IMG/VR virus record: IMGVR_UViG_3300048927_000250
Span: 124,001-188,000 of that record
DNA length: 64,000 bases
Strand: one strand, 5' to 3'
The notes below the pieces were generated by a model. That model did not search any database, was not told the origin of the DNA, and was given only the letters and a program-made list of their open reading frames with translations. Positions 29,433-37,728 of the stretch are shown piece by piece; the first letter of the stretch is position 1, and every line of letters begins with the position of its first letter. Made by a program: the position numbers and the translations under genes.

Positions 29433-30953
29433 CTAGATTAAACGTCCCAGCCGCGCCTGACGCGTTCGCTTGATGCGACTTTTAAACAACGTCTGCCGTC
29501 GTTTACCGTACGTGACCTGTTTGGGAATATCCTCACAGATGTACGCATGGTACTCGACTTGAACGTTGGGTCGCTTCGGCAGCTCACGTAGACGACCGAG
29601 GCACTGTACGTTTTGGTTCGGGGAGTCTGACGACACGGTGTTGTGCACCTGCGTCAGGTCTGGGATATCAACCGCTGTACCGGCCTTGATGACCGTTGAG
29701 AAGATGATGTCCGATTCTTCCAGGACCGTATAGTCGTCACCGGCATTAAACGAGTTAATGATTAAGTCCGGTAGCTTTCTACGGAAGTACTCCAGAAGGT
29801 GTTGGCCCATTTCGACCAGCCCGGTGAAGATAAGCAACTTGGTCCCTTCTTCCTTCTCCAGTACCCACTTGTCCAGTGCGTAGTTGTAGACGGCGTCCAG
29901 ATACCGTTGCATCATCTCCGGGTGACGCATGATAACCTTCTCGTACTCGTTGTGCGAGTACACCGACTGTTTGTTGAAGTTCTCAAACAGTCGAGGGTCT
30001 TTCACGTTGTAGAACACTTCCACCATGTCTGCGTAAACGCGCAGTTCCGCGGCTTCCTTACGGATGCGGTGCGGGAGCATGGTTTCGTACACGCGCTTGA
30101 TGAACTCGTCACGTGGGAACAATGTACCAGTCAGGTACACGGTCATTGGCATGTGAGTGTACAAGTCAGCGATGTAGTTCGCGTGATACTCCTGGTGGGT
30201 TTCATCGGTACCGCGTAACCCAATCCCCAGAAACTCGTAGAGCTCCCAAGGTGGGACATCTTCCGCTCCGGTTCCGGCATCTGCGCCAGACTCGTAGTTG
30301 TTGATGTAGGTACGAATCGCCCCGTTAGAGATAAAGATGGCTTTGACGCCGTCTAACCCCTTCTTCTTTTTCTCCCGAATCAATTGGTACAACCGTGCCG
30401 CACCACAGCAGCTGCGAATCTCGTCGGGCGTAAGTGAGAGGTGTTTATGAAACGCCTCCAACCATCGCCCTTCGTAACCGCCTTTGGTCTGCACGGCAAA
30501 GCGCTGACCGAAACGAGCGGCGATAAAGAGAAACATCAGTGTCTTACCGCCGCCTGGCTGAGTGGTGATACAGGTTTGTCGGTCCCCACGAAACGCGAAG
30601 TCAATAACGGGCACCTGGTTATCCCAGGGCACCCATTCCCCCATGTCCAGTTCCACGCGGGCTCCGGCTACCGGTTCATGGTAGCGAAAGTCCAACGAGG
30701 TGTCCTGAATCCCGTGCTTCTTGAGATGGTCGTGAAACAACTCCCATTCGTTACGGTGGAGGTGGTACCGCCCGTGCTTTGGCGACTTAGCCGCGTACAC
30801 ACAGTGCGGTTCCATGTAGAACTTACCGCGTTTCTTCGTCAGCTTCTTTTCAATCAACCCCGTGAGCCATTCGCGCAATGCCACACGCATCCTGGGACCC
30901 ACGGGATTAACCGTATAGAAGTGGCTGTAGAACTCCAGTACGCCCTCAACCAT
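29433..30953 (-). CDS. SF2 DExH helicase (phiKZ gp75 / UvsW-like)
   Basis: Walker A QPGGGKT, motif II DETH, motif III LTGT, motif VI QCLGRLR. Confidence 0.9.
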   Translation of the reverse strand: MVEGVLEFYSHFYTVNPVGPRMRVALREWLTGLIEKKLTKKRGKFYMEPHCVYAAKSPKHGRYHLHRNEWELFHDHLKKHGIQDTSLDFRYHEPVAGARVELDMGEWVPWDNQVPVIDFAFRGDRQTCITTQPGGGKTLMFLFIAARFGQRFAVQTKGGYEGRWLEAFHKHLSLTPDEIRSCCGAARLYQLIREKKKKGLDGVKAIFISNGAIRTYINNYESGADAGTGAEDVPPWELYEFLGIGLRGTDETHQEYHANYIADLYTHMPMTVYLTGTLFPRDEFIKRVYETMLPHRIRKEAAELRVYADMVEVFYNVKDPRLFENFNKQSVYSHNEYEKVIMRHPEMMQRYLDAVYNYALDKWVLEKEEGTKLLIFTGLVEMGQHLLEYFRRKLPDLIINSFNAGDDYTVLEESDIIFSTVIKAGTAVDIPDLTQVHNTVSSDSPNQNVQCLGRLRELPKRPNVQVEYHAYICEDIPKQVTYGKRRQTLFKSRIKRTRQARLGRLI

Positions 30954-30962
30954 TTAGTCTCC

Positions 30963-32951
30963 CTAGACCACTTTCACCCCTTTCGTCTGCCAGTACTGAT
31001 TCCACTTCTTGATGTTCAAGAACAGTGGGTCAAATGAATGGTTAGGACGAATGCGGTGAATGTAAGATTTCGGGTCAGCTATCATCTCGAACTGTCGTTC
31101 GTACGCCGCTTTCGCAGACAAACTACGACCGCTCATGATGCGGGTTTGTGGTGCAAAGTGAATCCCGGTCCCGAGCTTCGGCAGACGGAAGTCGCCGTTT
31201 TTCGGGTCACGACCCATCATGCAGTACAACACCAGTTCCACAATACCCAAGTTGACCGAGAACTTACGGTTGGTCATGTCACACACCAGTCGAATTGCAC
31301 CGGCCAAGTTCACGGGGTCGGTCAGGTCACGGCGGAGTAACTCTTTACCGATGTCCGACGACATGAAGATGACCGATTTCAACTCTTCCATTTGCTCCAG
31401 GGTTGAACCACGGCGTTCCGGGAAGCGCAGGATGATTTCTGCGTTGTCCCAGTTCATCAGGTCAACCTCAATATATTTGCCGACGGTTTGGAAACCAAAG
31501 TCGCGCATATATTGGAGGAACTCTTTGGTCAGGAATGGGCGGTAGGAGCCACGGCTGACAGGGACGATGTCCATTTTCTGGTTCTTATCCCCGTTATCAA
31601 TAACGAGAACAATTTCCTTAATCGTGGAGATACGGGACAAGTCACCGTCTTTCAGTTCGTTAAAGATGGAGATATCTGCCAGACGGAAGATGTCACTCAC
31701 ATCGAAACGGACTTTAACGTGCTTGCCCCAAAGGTCCCTGGAAAGCGTTATCTCCTTATCGTCACCGAGGTTGGAGATGTACTTCAGTTCGTGGTCATGA
31801 ATCACGTACGATTCTGACTCCGCAGAGACCAGGTGGTGTTTGGTGGAAATAACGTCCTGTGATACGGCTTCGTTCTGGGTAACCGTCAGGGCGAAACCAG
31901 GGTTGGTGTCGTCCTGTACCCGCGACGCATTCTCACAAAGACAATACTTACACACCACACCGTCTTCTGGATGCTGGCACTTCGACGGTGTACGCATTCG
32001 AATCACGGTACCCACTAAGTGGTTATCGTAACCTTTCCCGCGCACCATCTTCAAATCGCCATCCCGGTCAAAGTAATACTTGCCCGGTAAGACGTGTTCC
32101 AGGTCATCCTTCGTGACTTTCCACGGGATGGTTTCTTTCGACCCACAGTCTTGCTGGTCAACGCCGTGTACGACGTAGGTTATCAGCTGAAGTTCGCGGT
32201 TATAGTACTCAGTACGTTTAACCGGTTCACTCGTGGCTAACTGGGCTTGTGCAGCAGAGCAACGGTCCATTGCGGAGAAGGACAGTCGTTTCAGGTGTTC
32301 CGAGAACCCAACCGGAATCGGGTTAACGAAGATACGCTGGTTAATCTCGCTACGGAAGCCCACCTTGTCGACCACCTGTAACAGCTGACCGGTTTTGGTC
32401 ATCGAGTTACGGTGTGGAATGGCCAGGTTATTGTGGTTCAGGCTCGGGTCATGGGAGAGGATATACACGAACTCTTTATAGCCGTTCGAGATATCGCGTT
32501 TCCCGGTTATCGGCCGTTCACGAATCTCCTTCAATTGTGGATGGCGGTGAATCTCCAGGAAGTCGAGGGCGTCGAGTGTGGTTTGGAACTCTTCGCCATC
32601 GGTTGCAATCGCATTGTGCAGCGCTTGCGTTATCCCGGCGTTGATTTTGTAAACGTTCTGGCGGTCTTCCAGCGGATACTCCGCATAGACCTGTTCAGCA
32701 GCACGTTGGTGCAGCTTGTTCTCCAGACCTTTACTCAACGGTTCACCGTAGACGTGGTTCTTAATGCAGAGCGGTATCGACGGGTACTGACGATGATACT
32801 CCCAGAAATACCAACTGATTAAGGTTTGTGGGAAGTCAGCAATGATTTCCCCGTCGGCAAAGATTAGGGCGATAGGCTCGAGGTCATCGAGCCGTGCCCA
32901 TATTTGTCGCTCACTCCAATGCAGAATATCATCGGCGTAGAAAGTGCGCAT
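30963..32951 (-). CDS. Non-virion RNA polymerase beta' C-terminal subunit (phiKZ gp74-like)
   Basis: VGFRSEI, DCGS, RTPSKC...VCKYC zinc site, trigger-loop-like ISTKH. Confidence 0.9.
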   Translation of the reverse strand: MRTFYADDILHWSERQIWARLDDLEPIALIFADGEIIADFPQTLISWYFWEYHRQYPSIPLCIKNHVYGEPLSKGLENKLHQRAAEQVYAEYPLEDRQNVYKINAGITQALHNAIATDGEEFQTTLDALDFLEIHRHPQLKEIRERPITGKRDISNGYKEFVYILSHDPSLNHNNLAIPHRNSMTKTGQLLQVVDKVGFRSEINQRIFVNPIPVGFSEHLKRLSFSAMDRCSAAQAQLATSEPVKRTEYYNRELQLITYVVHGVDQQDCGSKETIPWKVTKDDLEHVLPGKYYFDRDGDLKMVRGKGYDNHLVGTVIRMRTPSKCQHPEDGVVCKYCLCENASRVQDDTNPGFALTVTQNEAVSQDVISTKHHLVSAESESYVIHDHELKYISNLGDDKEITLSRDLWGKHVKVRFDVSDIFRLADISIFNELKDGDLSRISTIKEIVLVIDNGDKNQKMDIVPVSRGSYRPFLTKEFLQYMRDFGFQTVGKYIEVDLMNWDNAEIILRFPERRGSTLEQMEELKSVIFMSSDIGKELLRRDLTDPVNLAGAIRLVCDMTNRKFSVNLGIVELVLYCMMGRDPKNGDFRLPKLGTGIHFAPQTRIMSGRSLSAKAAYERQFEMIADPKSYIHRIRPNHSFDPLFLNIKKWNQYWQTKGVKVV

Positions 32952-32953
32952 TC

Positions 32954-34492
32954 TTACTCCTCTTCATCGGAATAGTCGTCGTCGCTGTCGTCTTCGGAGT
33001 CGTCGTCTTCACTGGACTCTTCTTCCGTTTCAACCACGCTATCCTCAGGAACGATGTCGTCTTCTTCCTCTTCAGCTTCTTCTTCCGGGTCAATGGGTAC
33101 TGCCACCGGTTGAGCCACATCAGGCGGAATCCCTAAACGGTCCACGTCGAAGTACGCAAACTGAGCGCCTGCGCAATACATCGTGTTGTTCAGGTAACTC
33201 AATGCCAGGGAATTCCCGACCGGAATCTCTTCACGGTCCACAACACGCTCAATGTCAGTTGGGCGGTCTGTGTTCATGATGTTACTGAAGATTTGATACA
33301 AGGCTTTCGGGTTGTTCGGACGGTCTACCTGGTCGGCCATATACTCGCCACCCAGAATACCTGCCTGGTTACGTACCTCGGCCTCACCCATCAGACGGAT
33401 TGCCTGATAACGCCACGGGAGTGCATGGCGGTCTTTCTGCGACATCTTCGCCGGAACCCCATGAACCTGGCGACGCGGTGCATCGACGGCGGACCAGTCG
33501 TGACCCGTTTTCTCCAGGACAATCATGTAGTTAGCACCGATACGAATCTTGCTGCGTGTACGACGGAGGTCACCCTTCTCGTTGTAGAACGTTACCGGAC
33601 CGTAATCTGACGGGAACCGGTCTTCGATGTCACCTACGCCTTCCACCCCGATGTTCTGAGTGTGGGACGGTAAGTAAATGTACATCATGTCTTCAACGAC
33701 CGAGTTCACATGACGCTTCACGCGGCGAATGTCGTTACCCATCCCGTTGAACTCAATCAACTTATCGTAGAACGGTTTGGACAACACTTCGTAGAACGAC
33801 ATCAGCAGTTTGTACGCTTCCCGATAGCCATCGTCAGAACTGTCACGTTTAATCATTTCACGGACGCGTTCTTCCATGCGCATACACTGGAAGTTGTAAT
33901 ACTGCTCGAACACTTTCGGCGGGTTCATACGGTTGATGGAGACAACTGGAGCAGACAACACTTCAGCTACCACGCCGTATTGGTCCATCGGCATTTGTTC
34001 GCGCTTCAGCACTTTACAAATAACCCCTTTGTCACCCCAGCACCCGGTTGCTTTGAACCCGATGGTTGGTACGACGTCGTAGGTGTATTTGATGACGATA
34101 CGGCAGGTGTTCAGCTGCTGGCCGTTGTAGTTAGGGACCAGCTTCAGGCGACCCAGTCCTGGCATCTCACTGGTGGCACCCGCAGAGTCACGAATCAGAC
34201 GCGAGAACTTCTTAGAGAACTTCGGCGTCTTGTTGACCTTACGGTTGTCACGGATGATTTTATCGTAGGCGTCCAGGATACGCTTGTGATACTGACGACG
34301 GGCGTTATCGAAACGCGTTACGTCATCGGTTGGCGTCATCCCTTGTTCTTCCGGCGTCGGCTGCTGTTCCAGCGGGTCGTTTTCCGGTTTCCAGACTTCC
34401 ACGTCAATCACACGAGCATTGCGGGTGTGCGCCTCAATGTAGACGAATTCATCGAAGAAGTAATCGAGTTGCATAATATATTTAGGTGACAA
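32954..34492 (-). CDS. Non-virion RNA polymerase beta C-terminal subunit (phiKZ gp71-73-like), 3' part
   Basis: GFKATGCWGDKGVI, NRMN and RLMGEAEVR beta motifs; in frame with the upstream ORF across a single TAG. Confidence 0.85.
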   Translation of the reverse strand: MSPKYIMQLDYFFDEFVYIEAHTRNARVIDVEVWKPENDPLEQQPTPEEQGMTPTDDVTRFDNARRQYHKRILDAYDKIIRDNRKVNKTPKFSKKFSRLIRDSAGATSEMPGLGRLKLVPNYNGQQLNTCRIVIKYTYDVVPTIGFKATGCWGDKGVICKVLKREQMPMDQYGVVAEVLSAPVVSINRMNPPKVFEQYYNFQCMRMEERVREMIKRDSSDDGYREAYKLLMSFYEVLSKPFYDKLIEFNGMGNDIRRVKRHVNSVVEDMMYIYLPSHTQNIGVEGVGDIEDRFPSDYGPVTFYNEKGDLRRTRSKIRIGANYMIVLEKTGHDWSAVDAPRRQVHGVPAKMSQKDRHALPWRYQAIRLMGEAEVRNQAGILGGEYMADQVDRPNNPKALYQIFSNIMNTDRPTDIERVVDREEIPVGNSLALSYLNNTMYCAGAQFAYFDVDRLGIPPDVAQPVAVPIDPEEEAEEEEDDIVPEDSVVETEEESSEDDDSEDDSDDDYSDEEE

Positions 34493-35251
34493 CTACAACC
34501 CACCCAGGATATCGTCGTGCTTACGCATTGCCAACAACAAACCGTCTTGTCGAATCCTGTCACCCGGTTCCGGGATAAGTTTCTGACGGTCTATCGTACC
34601 GTTCACGTTCAACAGGTAGTGGTCTTTCGGTACGTTAATTGCCACGGTACCAAAGCCACGAGATTTTGCTCGTTCGCACCATTCGTCCATGACCACAAAT
34701 CCGTCTTCAGTAGTATACGGATGGGACATGGTGGCAGTTGTCGTCAGGAGACCTGGACGCCAGATGCCGTATTCATCAATTGACGGAGATTGCGCCAGCG
34801 TTGCCCCTGCCTGGAATGCGCCACCACGGTGGGCTTGTTCCAATGCTTTGAGGTTCAGCTTCTGCTCATATCCGAAATTGTTATGATGCGAGACGTATTT
34901 GTCCACGTGCACGATATCGTATTCTTCTTTCTTACGGTTAAACACGACGTACGTGGTGCGTGGGTTTGTTGTGAAAGCGCCAAGACCTTGCCCAACATTG
35001 AACTTTTCGATTTTTTCAATGATGTCCATTGGGTCTTTGATTTTGGTCTTCCAGGTATACTTACCATACTCGCGGCCAACTCCGGTATAAAACCGGTCGC
35101 GGGTACAGCCTTCAATCACCAACGCTTGGGGTAACTGACTACCCCACATTATCAAACGCGAGGCTGACACACCGCCCATCCATGGCAGCAAGTTACACGC
35201 CAGTCCCGTTAGTTCGGTATAGAGTTGATTCTCATTGGCTAGAGTACTCAT
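34493..35251 (-). CDS. Non-virion RNA polymerase beta C-terminal subunit, 5' part (ends at an in-frame TAG)
   Basis: NLLPW..VSASRLIMWGSQLPQA and YTTEDGFVV beta motifs; SD AAGGA. Confidence 0.85.
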   Translation of the reverse strand: MSTLANENQLYTELTGLACNLLPWMGGVSASRLIMWGSQLPQALVIEGCTRDRFYTGVGREYGKYTWKTKIKDPMDIIEKIEKFNVGQGLGAFTTNPRTTYVVFNRKKEEYDIVHVDKYVSHHNNFGYEQKLNLKALEQAHRGGAFQAGATLAQSPSIDEYGIWRPGLLTTTATMSHPYTTEDGFVVMDEWCERAKSRGFGTVAINVPKDHYLLNVNGTIDRQKLIPEPGDRIRQDGLLLAMRKHDDILGGL

Positions 35252-35286
35252 TGATAATTCCTTAGTATTGGAACACTGTCACTACG

Positions 35287-35302
35287 GTAATATATACTTT
35301 AA
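35287..35302 (-). promoter_or_regulatory. phiKZ-type early (virion RNAP) promoter
   Basis: TTAAAGTATATATTAC on the - strand, containing the established TATATTAC consensus. Confidence 0.75.
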
Positions 35303-35342
35303 TTCCCGTATGGTTAAACACATCCGTTGAACAGGTGGCGTT

Positions 35343-35690
35343 ATGTCCGAAGTTAACACCCTCATGGTAAACCCGGGCTCAGCCTGGTATTACCGCCCAT
35401 CATGGTACGCGACCATTGAAGACCACATGTACCTGTTTCGCGATACCACCAACTCCGAATTAGTAACGGTAGCGGATATTGACCGCCATCGTTACGAAGC
35501 TGATTTCTACGGTTATCTGCGAGACGTACACGAAATCAAACAACCGCAATACTGGTACGTGATTCTGCGAACCAATCACATGACCTCACCGCAAGAATTT
35601 GGGGCGGATAACCAGGCAATCTACTTACCGAAAACGGCAGTGGTTGACCGGGTTATGGAGCTGTTCAAAACCGCAAAAGGAATTGGGTGA
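35343..35690 (+). CDS. LysM-like baseplate wedge protein (T4 gp53 / P2 gpX type), tentative
   Basis: YWYVILRTNHMTSP...IYLP resembles the LysM-type W..I...N....P...l.iP pattern. Confidence 0.5.
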   Translation: MSEVNTLMVNPGSAWYYRPSWYATIEDHMYLFRDTTNSELVTVADIDRHRYEADFYGYLRDVHEIKQPQYWYVILRTNHMTSPQEFGADNQAIYLPKTAVVDRVMELFKTAKGIG

Positions 35691-35717
35691 ATACTACATC
35701 CCATGTGGTCTCGGCGT

Positions 35718-35747
35718 AAAAAAGGAAGGGCGCAAGCCCTTCTTTTA
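35718..35747. terminator. Bidirectional terminator
   Basis: GAAGGGC-GCAA-GCCCTTC flanked by A and T tracts. Confidence 0.8.
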
Positions 35748-36077
35748 TTCTGCATTTCGGAGTGCGGTGTCGTAAAGTTGGTCCAGTCGTTTCTGACTGA
35801 AATGGTAACCCATCTTCTTAACCCGACAGTAAACCAGTTCCCGTAATTGACGGTCACGTTCTTCCGGCACCAGTGACTTCAACAATGCACCAAAATCATC
35901 CCCTTTCTTGGGGGACGTTGAACTCAAACGGAAATCAACAAATACCTCTTTCGAGAGTATCTGGGGAATGAGGGAGGGAACAACTTCCAGCTGACGACCA
36001 ATTTCCTTGTCCGTCATCCCTTTTGCTTTTAGAGCCATCACTTCCTTGCGTGTCAAATATAGCTCGATGGTAATCAC
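35745..36077 (-). CDS. Small HTH DNA-binding protein
   Basis: LKAKGMTDKEIGRQLEVVPSLI helix-turn-helix. Confidence 0.65.
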   Translation of the reverse strand: MITIELYLTRKEVMALKAKGMTDKEIGRQLEVVPSLIPQILSKEVFVDFRLSSTSPKKGDDFGALLKSLVPEERDRQLRELVYCRVKKMGYHFSQKRLDQLYDTALRNAE

Positions 36078-36080
36078 GGG

Positions 36081-36299
36081 TTATTCCTCTAATTGACCGT
36101 GTTGTTCAAAGTGCTGAATCTCTTCAACAGAAAGATTGAATACCGCAGAGAGGCTGTCTATGGGAACGCCATTCTCCAACCCATTACGCAAGTGCGTTTC
36201 CATGCGCAACCGGTGCATTTCTTTGGCGTCAATTTCCGCCTGCTTAATCAGGTCGTCGAGAGATTTCCTTAGCGGGCTAGGTTTGGGTGTTTTTGCCAT
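36081..36299 (-). CDS. Small HTH-like protein
   Basis: NGVPIDSLSAVFNLSVEEI; SD GAGGA. Confidence 0.6.
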   Translation of the reverse strand: MAKTPKPSPLRKSLDDLIKQAEIDAKEMHRLRMETHLRNGLENGVPIDSLSAVFNLSVEEIQHFEQHGQLEE

Positions 36300-36315
36300 C
36301 TTTTGGGTCCTCTAA

Positions 36316-36353
36316 GAAAGAAAAAAGAAAGAGGGGCCGAAGCCCCTCTTTTC
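36316..36353 (-). terminator. Intrinsic terminator
   Basis: AAAGAGGGG-CCGAAG-CCCCTCTTT with a U tract on the - strand. Confidence 0.85.
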
Positions 36354-36355
36354 TG

Positions 36356-37714
36356 TTAACGACGCCAGCCGCCGCGTCCACGGTCGCGACTGCGGTCATC
36401 ACGTACGGATTCACCCCAGTCACGGCTGATACCGGAGGAGGTGGTTTCACGTGCATCATCGCGTCCACGCCCGCGGTCATCTTCGCGGTCACGGCTATAG
36501 CGGTCGTCACGGTCACGTTCACGACCACGGCGGTCGTCGTAATCATCACGGCTGCGACCACGGTCACGACTGTAACGACTGTCGCGGTCATCGCGGTCGT
36601 CATCACGCCCACGTCCACCCCAGTTACCACCACGTCCACCACGGTCATCGTCACGTTCGTCACGACGTCCGCCACCCCAAGAGGCACGACGAGGTTCATC
36701 ACGGCTACCACGATTGTCCGTATAACGGTTTCCGCCACGGCTGTGCTGGTCACGGAGTTCACGACGTTCTTCACGTCCTTTCTCTTTGGCCAGACGGTCC
36801 TTCTCTTCCTTCAGCGTCCCTTCGTCCGCTTCCCCTTCGTTACCCGGCAGAGAGGATGGAATGTCTAAACGGTAATCGTTCAGCATTGACATCTCTTTCG
36901 TCCAGTTGGTCGGGATAATCCAGGCTTTCAGCGCCGGGTTATAGGACTCAAAGATTTTGAGCTGTGCGTTGATGTCTTTCGCCACACGGCTGTAGGCCAT
37001 CATTAACGCATGGAAGTTTGGAGCCACCGGTGAATTCGACCCGTAGTTGTAATGCAGGTCGGCTTCGTCGATACCCGGCAGGATGTGACGAATCAGCTTG
37101 AAGAAAGCTTCTTTGTCAGAGACCCGTGCCAGGTTCTTACCGTAGATGGCTTTACCGCCGGTGTACTCTTCATCCATCACGGGGAAGGACACGGAACACA
37201 GACGTGCCACTTCTTCGCCTTTCCAGGTACCGTTACGACGCACGAACAGGTTGATGAGGGCTTTCTCCTCACCGTCCATGTTCTTCAACAGAACGTCTTT
37301 GATACCTTTATAGGTGCGCTCGTCCGCATCTTCCATCAGACGCAGGAAGCCTTTCTGTTCGGTGGTAACCTGAGAATGCTGCTCGGTTTCCGCCGCCAGT
37401 TTGCTCATGGTCAGAATCAGTTCAGTCAGTGCGCCGTTCAAATGGTGTTGTGCCATCTTCACGGTACGTTCATGAATCAGAGACTTCTTACGAATCAGGT
37501 TCTCACCGAGCGGATGGAATGCCCAGAAGTTATCCCAGTCTGGGTCAGCCAGGAACTCTTCGGTTGGGACACGCAGTTGCTTCCCTTCGATGGTGAAGGG
37601 GATGTTAACCCCCTCCTGTTTCAGCGTTACGAAGCCGGTGTCGTCAACTGACAGTCCAATGGCAGTAAGGACTTGACCGTAAAACTTCGCAATAGGTTTC
37701 TTTTTATCGGACAT
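36356..37714 (-). CDS. Conserved Chimalliviridae core protein (phiKZ gp70-like) with an Arg/Asp-rich tail
   Basis: Lies between PicA and nvRNAP beta; AFHPLGEN motif; RD/RG low-complexity C-terminus. Confidence 0.7.
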   Translation of the reverse strand: MSDKKKPIAKFYGQVLTAIGLSVDDTGFVTLKQEGVNIPFTIEGKQLRVPTEEFLADPDWDNFWAFHPLGENLIRKKSLIHERTVKMAQHHLNGALTELILTMSKLAAETEQHSQVTTEQKGFLRLMEDADERTYKGIKDVLLKNMDGEEKALINLFVRRNGTWKGEEVARLCSVSFPVMDEEYTGGKAIYGKNLARVSDKEAFFKLIRHILPGIDEADLHYNYGSNSPVAPNFHALMMAYSRVAKDINAQLKIFESYNPALKAWIIPTNWTKEMSMLNDYRLDIPSSLPGNEGEADEGTLKEEKDRLAKEKGREERRELRDQHSRGGNRYTDNRGSRDEPRRASWGGGRRDERDDDRGGRGGNWGGRGRDDDRDDRDSRYSRDRGRSRDDYDDRRGRERDRDDRYSRDREDDRGRGRDDARETTSSGISRDWGESVRDDRSRDRGRGGWRR

Positions 37715-37728
37715 TTTCTACTGGTTCC

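Noticed and set aside
34440-34560. Group I intron or homing endonuclease at the beta-subunit break, as in phiKZ gp71-73
   Set aside because: There is no extra sequence between the halves; they abut in frame at a single codon.
36277-36918. Thr/Val- and His-rich ORFs in alternative frames, and an apparent DNA repeat
   Set aside because: By-products of the RD-repeat coding sequence; no regular repeat-spacer structure, so not a CRISPR array or separate genes.
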